A DNA stretch of 39,282 nucleotides from Bdellovibrionota bacterium (GTDB lineage: Bacteria > Bdellovibrionota_C > UBA2361 > OMIW01), in assembly GCA_044345055.1 (NCBI GenBank), contig JBIJBT010000017.1, forward strand, positions 1 through 39,282, written 5' to 3'. The notes below the pieces were generated by a model. That model was not told the DNA's origin and did no database searches. It saw nothing but the letters and a program-made list of their open reading frames with translations. The translations under genes were made by a program, and so were the position numbers. Positions 10,200 through 20,694 of this stretch are shown here, one piece after another. The stretch's first letter is position 1. Every line of letters starts with the position of its first letter.

Positions 10200-10820
10200 A
10201 AGGCTCGGATAATTGTAAATTTTAGCTATTTAGCACGAAAACTTCTGACGAGCATTCAGCGCGTCAAGCCTGGAAATTCGGAATGTTTTTATTGGTTTTC
10301 ACCACCTTTAAAAAATCCCGTTTAACTTCTTGCTCAATAGTTACTGTAAATTTTTCTCATTGAACAAATAAGTCCTCTATTCTATATTAGAGAAACTCTA
10401 TTCTGTTGGGCAACCGTAAGTTTTTCTCAATGCGTAACTAACGAACATTGAAGCGAATAGTTAATATGGTTTCTCTATTCCTCTCTCAGGTCCAACTCTT
10501 TAGCACCTGTTCAAAATTAGCTTTTAGCATCAAACATACCTTGCACAAATTAAATATGAGGCGTACCCTCCGCCTCATATAGCCCCTCGCTGACCGTGGC
10601 GCCGTGACACCGTATGAACTTTGACGGTGTTCTCGAGATGTGTGTCCTTTAAGGATCCACCCATTACCCTGAAAGTCTTCGATCAATCTGTTTTGGTCGA
10701 TGGTGCCACCCCTCCACAGTTGACGGAGAGATTATCACGTTTAAGCTCTTTTTCCCGTTCGGGGAAGACCTTCTGGTTCGTCCGAAGAGAGCGTGATGAA
10801 TCTTCTTTGACTGAAAACTT

Positions 10821-11170
10821 ATGTCCGTAAATACCCCTTCATCCGACTCCCGCCATCCGTCTGCCTCCTCTCAACTTACAAAAGATTTAGCAGCCGGGTT
10901 TCTTGTTTCCCTCATAACGCCCCCACTTTCGGTAGGAATCGCAGTTGCGAGTGGATTTCCTGCATCGTCTGGGATTATTGCCGCGATTGTCGGTGGTATC
11001 GTTACCTCTCTAATTGGAGGCGCTAGGCTCACGATTAAAGGCCCAGCAGCGGGGCTTATTGTCATAGTGCTTGGTGCCGTAACAGAGCTTGCAGATCCTT
11101 CCAATCCTCTCTCTTGTTAAGCTTAGTGTATTGGCAGTTGTGCGGGTCTACATTAGCTTTCAGGTTGTCT
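10821..11170 (+). pseudogene. SulP-family anion (bicarbonate/sulfate) transporter, truncated N-terminal relic
   Basis: DLAAGFLVSLITPPLSVGIAVASG...GIIAAIVGG...IKGPAAGL is the SulP TM1-3 signature. Stop at 11118-11120, then degenerate in-frame residues (CIGSCAGLH) with further stops. The rest of the protein is absent. Confidence 0.85.
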
Positions 11171-11240
11171 GCGAGCCAAAAATCGTTGTCCCAATAGATC
11201 TTCGATCTTTCATATTGTGAATAATTCCTAAAAGGTAACC

Positions 11241-14200
11241 ATGGATAAGATGACCGGCGAAAATCGGTCGAGCGTGAGGGATATCCTTGCGAGGGTAGCG
11301 CATTACCTTCCGACACAGGGTCCCCTCGATGTATTCGTTCATCATAATACGCTTCACGCTTTTGAAGATCGCCATTTTTTCGATGGTGTTGAGGAGGCGG
11401 CCCGGATATATCAGGCTCGAGCCTATCAGTCGGAGTTTACCTTTCAGCGAGCATTTCTCTCGGGAAGAATTAACGATTTTGATCTTCGAGAGGCGATCTC
11501 CTCAGAGCTCAACAGTCATCAATCAGGTAAAGAGAATTCAGGGCTTGATGAGATCCTCGTTGAGGATATTCGAGCATTTCTCCTCTCATCGCCGGTGCAT
11601 ACTACTAGAGAGAGCATAACGTGGAGCCTCCTTGAAGAGGGGGGGCTCGACCATCACCCCTCAGAGCTCGCGTACCCTCGATGGGAGGGTTAGATAGCTC
11701 GTGAGCGGGCACTTGTTCGTTCAATGGGGAAAGGTGAGCGCTCTCGGTATCTCGCGCAATTTATCGGTCGTCACTCTTTCTGGAATGCGGATGACGAGCT
11801 AATTGTAGAAGAACTCTCCCGCATGATTCATCAACCGGTGCCCGATGTGAATCGCACAGCACTTCGGATGCTGTGGCTTGCATGTGTGAGCGAGGCGTCG
11901 AATATGGAGTGTGCGCCTATAGAGGTCGAGTCGTGTGCTCACGATTATTATGAACGGACCGGTCGGGCACTTGCGATGCCCCTTATCACGAAAATTGCAG
12001 CAGCATTCATTGATGATGGTGTTGCGGCGTGGCAGATGCCGCGGCGCGAGGAGGGATTTTTAAAGGCGGCAGCTGCGGTTCTGAATGGATCTGCATCGCT
12101 GGTTCCCTGGTTTGCACGAGGAGTAGGAGAGCGGCTCAACCAAATTGCCATGAAAGAGCCTCTCGAGGCATTAGAGCAGTTTCTTGAGGAGTCTTCGATT
12201 GCTCGTGATGATTGGGAGGCAGTACTGCTTCGTGAGGCACTTGAGCTTAAAGGCTGGGCTGGTTTTTATCACCTACTTGAGGATAGACACGATCTTCTCT
12301 CGGTACCACTTGGTGCACGGACCGATCTTCTCGCCCAATTTATCGTAGTATCCGGTATTATCCGCAATCAGGCGATTGAGAACCTTCGTAAACAGCCAGG
12401 TGCTTTTGAGCGACGCGAGAGTGGCGTTGAGATTAAAAAAGTTGATGATCTCTATCACAGGGCGTTTCATCTTTTTCGGTGGTGTCAGGTACGAGGTATC
12501 ACCGCTCGAAAGTTGATCACCTGGACCCCAGCCCACAAACGGCAACTCGCAAACCTATTTTCATCATGGACAACGCTGAGACGTGAACGGGTATGGCATC
12601 TTGCGTTTGAGGGAAATTTTGAGAGAAGGGTTTATCATGCATTTTTGGCCGGAACTCAGCACGCTCCACGTTCTGGTGCCATTCCTCACTTTCAGATTAT
12701 TACCTGTATCGATGATAGAGAGGAGTCGTTCCGGCGTTATCTGGAGGAGATGGGGAACCATGTGGTTACCTTTGGAACGGCTGGTTTTTTCGGTGTTGAT
12801 ATCGCTTTTCGTTCTATCGAGGGAGGGGAAGCCCCATTTTGTCCTGTAGTAATTCGACCTCGCCATGTCGTTGTAGAGCGGGCAAAGGATGAACATTCCA
12901 GCTCCGTACAACGGCGACTTGCTTTTGGTCGGACCCTTGTTCGAGGTCATCGTGCTGTCGAGAGAGGTTCTCGCTCTGCTATTGGTGGAGCAGTCGTTTC
13001 CCTGATGGGTGGGATTGCTTTTATTCCAATGCTTATGCGGACTCTATTCCCCCGCATGGCGGCTAATATTGGTCGTATGATTAGCGGGAGTGAGCCGCTT
13101 GATACCGTAACTGATATTGTTTATGTGCGTGAAGAAGGCCCTCAGGCCGACGAGTTTTCCACTAGTCGCTTCATGGGATTTACCCCAGCAGAGATGGCAC
13201 AGCGCGTAGGTGGACTGCTCCGTAGTATCGGTTTATTGAAGGACTTTGCACCGTTTGTTGTTTTATTTGGGCACGGTTCATCATCGCGAAATAATCCATT
13301 TCGCTCTGCGTATGATTGTGGCGCGTGTGGTGGCCGTCCAGGAAGGGTAAATGCACGGGTCTTTGCGCTAATGGCAAATCGCCCAGAGGTTCGCTCGTTG
13401 CTAAAGGAATCTGGAATTGAGATTCCAGATACAACCCATTTTCTCGGGGGATATCATGATACGAGTAGCGATTCGATTACCTATTTTGATAGCGACTCTA
13501 TTCCAACTGGCTTGACCGATCTTTTTGAGGAATTACGATTTCTCGTTGATGAGGCAAGACGTAGAAATGCGCGAGAGCGGTGTCGGCGCTTTCCGCTAGC
13601 TCCTCATCACGACCGTGATGCAGCTCTCGCTCATGTTGAGGGACGAGCCCAGAGTATCGCAGAGCCAAGGCCTGAGTATGGGCATGCGACCAATTCTCTC
13701 GCAATAATTGCGCCGCGTGATCGTTCACGAGGGGTATTTTTTGATAGGCGCGCTTTCCTTGTTTCTTACGACTCGACCGTTGATCCGGAAGCTACAATTT
13801 TAACTGCCATCCTTGCTGCGGTAGTTCCTGTATGCATGGGTATTAATCTTGAATATTACTTTTCGGCTGTTGATAACGAGGTTTACGGCGCAGGAAGTAA
13901 GCTGCCGATGAACATCAGTGCCATGGTCGGCGTTATTACGGGCTTTGCGAGCGATCTGCGAACCGGACTTCCTGCGCAGATGGTCGAGATACATGAGCCT
14001 CTGCGTTTAACTTTGGTCATCGAAGCGCGTCTTGAACAATTTGAGGCTGCGCTTGATCGATTGCCAGTTGTTCGAAGCATCATTGAACGGGAGTGGGTGA
14101 AGATAGCTCTCTACGATCCTACCGATCAGAAGCTTTTCCCCCTTATCCGTGGAAGGGTAGGTAGCGCCTACAACGCTGCTGATGCTTTAGTTCCTGAGGT

Positions 14201-14273
14201 GCACGATGAAGAATCGTTGATTTCACACCTCTCGGGTAATCTTCCCTTTGTTTCAGTACATCAGAGTACGTAG
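11241..14273 (+). CDS. dabA: DabA (DUF2309/UPF0753) beta-carbonic-anhydrase-like subunit of a DAB inorganic carbon pump, interrupted by one in-frame TAG at 11691-11693
   Basis: N-terminal LPTQGPLDVFVHHNTLHAFE; Zn-ligand motifs CIDDRE, GHGS, CGACGG; RPEYGHA and INLEYYFS. ORFs 11241-11693 and 11724-14273 share one frame. Confidence 0.88.
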
Positions 14274-14311
14274 TTGAAATCCGCTCCCTGTTGGTAGGGC
14301 GTACGCAAAAG

Positions 14312-15619
14312 ATGGAGTTCTGTGTGACGACTATTATTCGAATATTCTGTCTTGTCGCTTTAGGTTCGGTATTAATCGGAGTTTTAGCTATCGCCCTCTT
14401 TTCCCATATTGGGCGAGACAAGAGGGAGCGATTGATCACTGTATCAGCGATGTCTGCACTGCTGACTGCTTGGCTTTCCTCGATTGGGGCAACGATTGGG
14501 CTTATTTTCCTGCCTGAGGGATCAATAAATCTACTCTCGATTACACTCTGCTCACTTTCGGACCATGCTGTTCAGATCGAGTTGATTTTTGATCGATTGG
14601 CTGCTCCCTTTCTTGTCGTTACATATTCACTCTGTGGTATTGCTTCTGCGTTTTCCCGCCATTACTTGCATCGTGATAAAGGACAGGGCCGATTTTACTT
14701 TCTAGTGTTACTTTTTAGCCTCGGCATGAGCGTGGTATTGCTTGCCCGTAATATCCCCTCGATGTATGTCGGTTGGGAGGTGATAGGCTTGACCTCTGCG
14801 CTGCTCATATCATTTTTTCATGAGCGTGGGGCGACTCGAGAGAATGCTCTGAGAGCTTTTTGGGCATATCGGTTGAGCGATACGAGTCTTCTTCTCGCCG
14901 GTCTTTTGATCGGATTTGGCGCATCATCTCATGGGGCCAGTCACTTATCGCCTCAGATTGGCGGAACAGCCAACGACATAGTTGTGCCGCTGCTTATTTT
15001 ACTCGCAGCTTTGCCAAAGTCGGCGCAGGTACCATTTTCCGCTTGGTTGCCGAGAGCTATGGAGGGGCCAACTCCCTCGAGCGCGATCTTCTATGGGGGA
15101 CTTTCGGTTCATGCTGGATTGTATCTTCTACTTCGATCTCGCCAATTAATGGTCCTTCCCGATTGGCTCCTCATACCGATTTTTGTTCTTGGGGCTGCAT
15201 CTGCAATTATCGGAACGATGCAGGCTTCGGTGCAAACCGATATAAAGGGAAGTTTAGCTTTCGCTTCGATGGCTCAGGTGGGATTAATGTTTGTTGAGCT
15301 GGCGCTTGGATTCCACCAACTCGTTATACTCCACTTTATCGGGCACTCGGCGGTCCGCACGTATCAAATTCTGAGCGCGAATTCGTCACTTCATGAGGGC
15401 CGGCTTCGTCGCAGGTCGCGATCCGTGAAGGTTTCTTCTGTGAAGGGAAAGTTCTATCAGATCGCCTTTTTGACGAGTCTTCGTGATGGTACAGGGGCAC
15501 ACTCATTGGTCACATCGCTCGAGCGTATATCGCTATTTCTGGGTGAGATCGAATCGATCTTTACAGCTAATTTGACCCGAGTTGTTTCAAAAATATTCGG
15601 CAGAAAGAGATCTTTCTGA
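14312..15619 (+). CDS. dabB: DabB / NuoL(ND5)-like proton-conducting membrane subunit
   Basis: GWEVIGLTSALLISFF, KSAQVPFSAWLPRAMEGPTPSSA, QTDIKGSLAFAS, HFIGH; directly follows dabA. Start could be 14291 (TTG). Confidence 0.85.
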   Translation: MEFCVTTIIRIFCLVALGSVLIGVLAIALFSHIGRDKRERLITVSAMSALLTAWLSSIGATIGLIFLPEGSINLLSITLCSLSDHAVQIELIFDRLAAPFLVVTYSLCGIASAFSRHYLHRDKGQGRFYFLVLLFSLGMSVVLLARNIPSMYVGWEVIGLTSALLISFFHERGATRENALRAFWAYRLSDTSLLLAGLLIGFGASSHGASHLSPQIGGTANDIVVPLLILLAALPKSAQVPFSAWLPRAMEGPTPSSAIFYGGLSVHAGLYLLLRSRQLMVLPDWLLIPIFVLGAASAIIGTMQASVQTDIKGSLAFASMAQVGLMFVELALGFHQLVILHFIGHSAVRTYQILSANSSLHEGRLRRRSRSVKVSSVKGKFYQIAFLTSLRDGTGAHSLVTSLERISLFLGEIESIFTANLTRVVSKIFGRKRSF

Positions 15620-15667
15620 GTGATCGTTATTTAGTAGTACCTTTTTTTCAAATTCTTTGCCCGATTA

Positions 15668-17053
15668 TTGGAGGCTTCGATTATCGTGAATTTTTCGGAA
15701 TGGCTTACGTCGATCCCCTTTCTTTTAGCCTCGCTGCTCTCTATCGGCTTTCAACGTCGCGTCGGTCTGAGAGGCGGTATTCGGACTCTCGGTGTTGTGG
15801 CGTGTTTTCTCTCCGTGCTCATCGCTTGGTTGGCGCCGACTCCTCTGCTGCTTGAGGATGGAGCGAGAGTATCTACTCTTCTCACTATCTCCTATGTAGC
15901 TATCTCAGGAGTGGTGTTCGCAGTTGTTCCATACCGAGTGTTAGCTGCTGCAGATGTTTCGCTTCTTTTTTTTATTCAGGCATTCTGTCTTGGAATGTTT
16001 CGAGTATCCTCGGTTGTTTCGTTTGTCGCAGTCGTGCTTCTCACAAATGGACTTGTTTCGTGGCTGATTGTCCGTGAAACAAAAAGATCTAGTGGTGATC
16101 CGCGAACCAGAGAGAGAAACCACGCGCACTTTGTTTTTCGTTTGATCGCGATCGTTTCGCTATGCCTTTTCACTCTATCGCAGGGCCGCTCTAATTTTCT
16201 ATACGGCGTCATCTCTTCTCCACCTTCAACAGAGATTGGATATTTTGCCGCAGCATGTCTGATCATTTCACTCTTTTCTTTTCTTGGTCTATTTCCTTTC
16301 CATAGCTGGTTTCCTCTTTTCTTAGGTGCACCAAGGCTGAACCTCTTTATTCCTGTTACAACTATTTCAATCGGTATTACATTCTTTCTAAGATTTTTTT
16401 CCCCAATATTTCCACGCATCCCTCATCAGTTATCCTTTCTGGTTACGATTTTTGCCGCGATTGGATTGATTTACGGGGCTTTGCTTCTGTTCGGTGAGCA
16501 TCGGCTTAAGCGAATTGTCGGGTATGTTGTAATGTCACACATTGGTCTGATGGTGCTCGTTGGTACCTCAGCAGGAGAAGCGGCAGGTTCGCTACCGGTT
16601 CAGATAGATAGTATCAATCTTTTATTCGCAGCCAGTGGACTTACTGTTGTGCTTACAATCCTTGCAAGTCGGTTTGGATTGACGGGGGTTACCTCGGCAT
16701 CAGGGCTTGCAAGCGCCTACCCAGAGCTGGGGATTTGCTTTCTTGTGTGTGCGCTCTCTCTTGTTGGGTTTCCAGGTACTATCGGGTTTGTTAGTGAAGA
16801 GCTTCTCTTTCAGGGAGGTTTTGCCTATCGATTACAAATCTTGCCGATAATTGTTGGAGCACTTGCTCTGAACGGGTACTCTTGTTTTCGGCTTTTTGCC
16901 AGGTCATTTTTTGGCAATCCATCTTTTCCAGATGCAGCTGCACTTCCGTTGGCAACGCGTGAGCGAGCCTCTTTGTTGATCATTACGGCTTTTATTCTTG
17001 CAAATGGTTTACTACCCGACTTAATGCTTAAAGTTTTCTTTTGGTGGATATAA
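15668..17053 (+). CDS. NuoM(ND4)-like membrane subunit in the dab operon
   Basis: GLFPFHSWFP, LKRIVGY...SHIG, GLA..YP, GFPGTIGFVSE, ERASL motifs; many TM helices. Confidence 0.8.
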   Translation: MEASIIVNFSEWLTSIPFLLASLLSIGFQRRVGLRGGIRTLGVVACFLSVLIAWLAPTPLLLEDGARVSTLLTISYVAISGVVFAVVPYRVLAAADVSLLFFIQAFCLGMFRVSSVVSFVAVVLLTNGLVSWLIVRETKRSSGDPRTRERNHAHFVFRLIAIVSLCLFTLSQGRSNFLYGVISSPPSTEIGYFAAACLIISLFSFLGLFPFHSWFPLFLGAPRLNLFIPVTTISIGITFFLRFFSPIFPRIPHQLSFLVTIFAAIGLIYGALLLFGEHRLKRIVGYVVMSHIGLMVLVGTSAGEAAGSLPVQIDSINLLFAASGLTVVLTILASRFGLTGVTSASGLASAYPELGICFLVCALSLVGFPGTIGFVSEELLFQGGFAYRLQILPIIVGALALNGYSCFRLFARSFFGNPSFPDAAALPLATRERASLLIITAFILANGLLPDLMLKVFFWWI

Positions 17054-17105
17054 ACACACAATACAAATAGTGGGTCGCAAATGTCCCACCTTTTTTGGAA
17101 GTAAC

Positions 17106-17801
17106 ATGAAGAAGTTTTTATCGTTGATATTTGCCGTCTTAGCTACTCTTATCGTTAGCGCGCGACAAGGGATAGCTGAACAGAAGGATCTCCAGAGTTG
17201 GTCGACGATTGCGGCGACTATTAATCTTGATTGTGAAAAGGATTGGTTTCTTTACCTTGAGTCTCAGCCGCGGATAGGTGACGACCTATCCCGTCTTGAA
17301 CGATTGGTAGTGCGTGGAGGGCTAGGTTTTAATTTGACAGAGCAGATGTCTGTGTTGCTTGGATATGGCTGGACTCCATCCTTTTATAATACGGCATACG
17401 ATGGCGATTTTCGGAATGAAAATCGAATATGGCAGCAATTCCTTTATCGAGAGGAGCGTCTCGGATTGCAATGGCAACATCGGGTCCGGCTCGAGCAGCG
17501 AATTATTCAGGACGCTGGTGAGACATCTCACAGAGGTCGTTATCTGATTCGGGCAAGTCACTCACTTTCAGAAGATGGCTCATTTGGGGTAACAGTATAT
17601 AATGAGCTTTTTGTCAATGCCAACGGTGCCTCCAGAGGTCCGAAGGGAGGATTTGATCGAGATCGGTTCTTTCTTGGTCCATACGTGACATCTGGTCCTG
17701 GGCGTTATGAGATTGGTTATATCGGCGAATATGCCGCCCATTTTGGTGCAGAAAGTAGGTGGATAGATGCGATCGGGGTAAACGCTATTTTTACTTTTTA
17801 G
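17106..17801 (+). CDS. DUF2490-like outer-membrane beta-barrel protein
   Basis: Signal peptide MKKFLSLIFAVLATLIVSA; ENRIWQQF, HRVRLEQR, YNELF, FDRDRFFLG; C-terminal Phe. Confidence 0.8.
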   Translation: MKKFLSLIFAVLATLIVSARQGIAEQKDLQSWSTIAATINLDCEKDWFLYLESQPRIGDDLSRLERLVVRGGLGFNLTEQMSVLLGYGWTPSFYNTAYDGDFRNENRIWQQFLYREERLGLQWQHRVRLEQRIIQDAGETSHRGRYLIRASHSLSEDGSFGVTVYNELFVNANGASRGPKGGFDRDRFFLGPYVTSGPGRYEIGYIGEYAAHFGAESRWIDAIGVNAIFTF

Positions 17802-17876
17802 CTCTTTTAAAGGGTAACGCGCTTTATTTCACCGCGCCGATAGTCGCGTTGCCCTTTTACTTTCTATTCCCGTTCT

Positions 17877-18344
17877 CTAATCTCGGTGATACGGCTTCCC
17901 CTGAATCATTGTCATTCCGCGATAGATCTGCTCAATAAGCAAAAGTCGAACAAGTTGATGAGGAAATGTGAGGGGGGAAAGAGAGAGTATGATATCTGCC
18001 TCCTCACGATGTGATGAGGACCAGCCATCAGCAGGTCCTATCGCAAAGATTGTGTCCCGAGAACCCATCTGCATCGAGCGTTCGAGGAGCAACGAGAACT
18101 CTCGAGATGTTTTTGAAACACCCGCCTCGTCTAGAAGAACTATATATCCGCCACGGCTTGATGGGGGTAGACCTGTGCGTAGGCCCACCCCTGCCCGAAT
18201 GTTTTGCGAGCGATCAGATCGCGAGCCCTGTTTTGTAACCAACTGTACCGGCGCCCACCCCCGCATCCGACGAAGATAGTCATCCTCAAGAGCACGAATG
18301 TGTTGGTCTTTAACTGGTTCGGATGTGTATATGAGAAAGTGCAT
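17877..18344 (-). CDS. rlmH: 23S rRNA (pseudouridine-1915-N3)-methyltransferase
   Basis: LDE.G, FAIGPADG, LSLSPLTFPHQLVRLLLIEQIYR, PYH. Confidence 0.93.
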   Translation of the reverse strand: MHFLIYTSEPVKDQHIRALEDDYLRRMRGWAPVQLVTKQGSRSDRSQNIRAGVGLRTGLPPSSRGGYIVLLDEAGVSKTSREFSLLLERSMQMGSRDTIFAIGPADGWSSSHREEADIILSLSPLTFPHQLVRLLLIEQIYRGMTMIQGKPYHRD

Positions 18345-18421
18345 GGAGGGTGTTTTAGGCGGAGGTTATTTTTAGCAACGGACGCTATTTTAACCAAAAA
18401 TCGTTGAGGTGGAACACCTCT

Positions 18422-20512
18422 TCACCTGACCCCCAACAGCTTCGCCGTAATCGCAACTAGTGAGCGAGTCTCGAACGGTTTAGGCACAAAATCGTTTGCT
18501 CCGGCTTTAAAGGCTCGATGCCGATCCTCTTCAAAGGCCGATCCGCTCAGAACAATTACTGGGAGATCAGATGATCTTCTCCGAATCTCCTCAATGAATA
18601 CAACACCACATTCACGACCGAGGCTAATGTCAGTGATGATAAGATTCACAGGTTCCTGTTCGATGTGTCTTCTCGCAGCTGATACTGAATCAGAGAGTAG
18701 AACCTTAGCACCACGAGCTTCTAGTATATTTTTTACAATTCTAAGCGACTGATTGTCATCGTCGAGTACAAGAATAGTTTTTCCCGTAAGTCGTACTGGA
18801 TTCGGTTGGAGAACATCTTTCACTGATTCAACGGCCTTTGGTGGCCCAGTCATCGGAAAAATTATTGAAAAGGCGCTTCCCTGACCGACGATTGAGTCGA
18901 TCTCTATCATGCCATTGTTGAGACCAACCAGTTGATGAACTATCGCAAGACCAATTCCGGTACCCTCTTGACCCTTACTATAGTCGTCCTCTCCCCTTGA
19001 GAATCGCTCAAAGAGTTTCTTGATTAAGGACGAGGACATTCCGACGCCGTTGTCTTTTACCCATACGCGAACTTTAGCATCTGTCCATTCTGCACCAACC
19101 TCAACCGTTCCTCCCGACTTTGTATATTTTATCGCATTACCAACGAGATTCATTAAAATCTGTTGAATGTGTTTCGGATCGGCTAGCAAAAATAGTGCAG
19201 AGCTCTCACTAGCTTTAATGAGGTTGACCCCTTTCTCTGCGGCTGTTTGTTGAAGAAGACGATGTACCTGGATCAGTGCAGAATCTATATCAACCGGTTG
19301 CGGTGAAGCGGCCTCCTTTCCCGATTCAATCCTTGCGAGATCAAGAATATCATTGATTAGATTCTTGAGATGAACTCCCGATTTCGCTATTGCGCTCAGT
19401 GCTTCCGATTGTTGCGGAGGAATTTCACCGTACACACCTTCGGTGAGAAGCGAGGTGAAGCCGATGATAGCGGTTAGAGGAGTTCGCAATTCATGGCTGA
19501 TATTGGCGATAAATCGGGATTTGGCGAGGCTTGCATTTTTAGCTCTCTCTGACTCGATCGCAAGCTCTGCTGTTCGCTGCTCAACAAGATCCTCAAGCTG
19601 TTCGGAATACGCCAACAGTTTATCGCGATTTAAAGCGTTACATAGAGCAACCGCTGCCGCCTGAAGGTATTCCTGAAAACGCTCCTCCTCAGGAGCGGAG
19701 AGCCGCCGTTCCTTTCCAAATCCAAGAATGATGATACCAAACGGATTCTCTCGTAACCGTATCGATCCTCCATGTAGGGACTTAATTCCCCAAGTTGATA
19801 GCCAACTAAATGGCTCAAAAAAGTGAGGAGCTGCTTGAGAATGAATCTGATGATATTCCTTGAGGAGCTCCTTGATGATGCCGTCGCTAGCTGGTATTGG
19901 GCGCTCAAGGATCCAGGGAGGGCAGCCGTATCCACCGACTATCCGAAGATCCGGGGAGGAATTAGTTTCACGAACAAGTGTAAGGGCAACGGTAGCGCTG
20001 AATCGTGCAGCTCCCTGACGCGCTATCTCCGAAGCAAGATTGCGGATAGGTGTGTCGGTGCTGATTAGCTGATGAAGTTCATTGAGAATCTCAATTCTAT
20101 CGAGCAAAGCTTGGAGTTGAGTTCCGGAACGACCTCGCTCAAATGCGAGGCCCCCGAAGGCGGCGTGTAGAATAGCGCGACTGTGCGCTCCTTTGCCCAA
20201 CGGTCCTTGGCTCAAAATCGTCAGATAGCCGACCACGACCCCGAAGCGTTTAACCGGAAACCTATTAATTGAAAGAGACGAATTTGGACCTGGATTCGTC
20301 CCATCTCGGACCGCGCGAGCGATCTCTCGAATCGGACTTTGACGCGCATCGGGGGCGAGTTCGATAGTTGCTACCTGAACGCGTCGTATCTCGCACGCAC
20401 TCCGAACGATCGCCTCGCAGAGAGCGTCAAAAGGTTCGCCTGATTCAAGAGCTTCGAGGACGCTAATCATTATCGAGATCGTCTGTCGGTCGCATCGTGC
20501 CGTTCCTTGCAT
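18422..20512 (-). CDS. Cytoplasmic hybrid sensor histidine kinase (GAF-like - HisKA - HATPase - receiver)
   Basis: SHELRTPL, NLVGNAIKYT, DNGVG, GTGIGL; receiver with DDD, TD and KP; no obvious TM segment. Confidence 0.9.
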   Translation of the reverse strand: MQGTARCDRQTISIMISVLEALESGEPFDALCEAIVRSACEIRRVQVATIELAPDARQSPIREIARAVRDGTNPGPNSSLSINRFPVKRFGVVVGYLTILSQGPLGKGAHSRAILHAAFGGLAFERGRSGTQLQALLDRIEILNELHQLISTDTPIRNLASEIARQGAARFSATVALTLVRETNSSPDLRIVGGYGCPPWILERPIPASDGIIKELLKEYHQIHSQAAPHFFEPFSWLSTWGIKSLHGGSIRLRENPFGIIILGFGKERRLSAPEEERFQEYLQAAAVALCNALNRDKLLAYSEQLEDLVEQRTAELAIESERAKNASLAKSRFIANISHELRTPLTAIIGFTSLLTEGVYGEIPPQQSEALSAIAKSGVHLKNLINDILDLARIESGKEAASPQPVDIDSALIQVHRLLQQTAAEKGVNLIKASESSALFLLADPKHIQQILMNLVGNAIKYTKSGGTVEVGAEWTDAKVRVWVKDNGVGMSSSLIKKLFERFSRGEDDYSKGQEGTGIGLAIVHQLVGLNNGMIEIDSIVGQGSAFSIIFPMTGPPKAVESVKDVLQPNPVRLTGKTILVLDDDNQSLRIVKNILEARGAKVLLSDSVSAARRHIEQEPVNLIITDISLGRECGVVFIEEIRRRSSDLPVIVLSGSAFEEDRHRAFKAGANDFVPKPFETRSLVAITAKLLGVR

Positions 20513-20694
20513 AAGGCCCCACTAGCTGACGGGGCTAACAAGTGGTATCGGCAGATGAACCCGAACTCTGAAGCAGGAACTACGGTACCCGAGGGAGTAG
20601 TACTCTCTGTGGCACCGAGATCCAGCTTAACTCTGTTTTGAAAAAGATGAGGACGATCGTCGATAATTTAGTTTTCTAGAAAACTTTGTTTCTA

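Noticed and set aside
11691..11693. Genome-wide amber recoding or pyrrolysine as the explanation for the dabA TAG
   Set aside because: TAG is the normal stop of thrS, fliG, secE and dabA itself in this window, and no pyl genes are visible.
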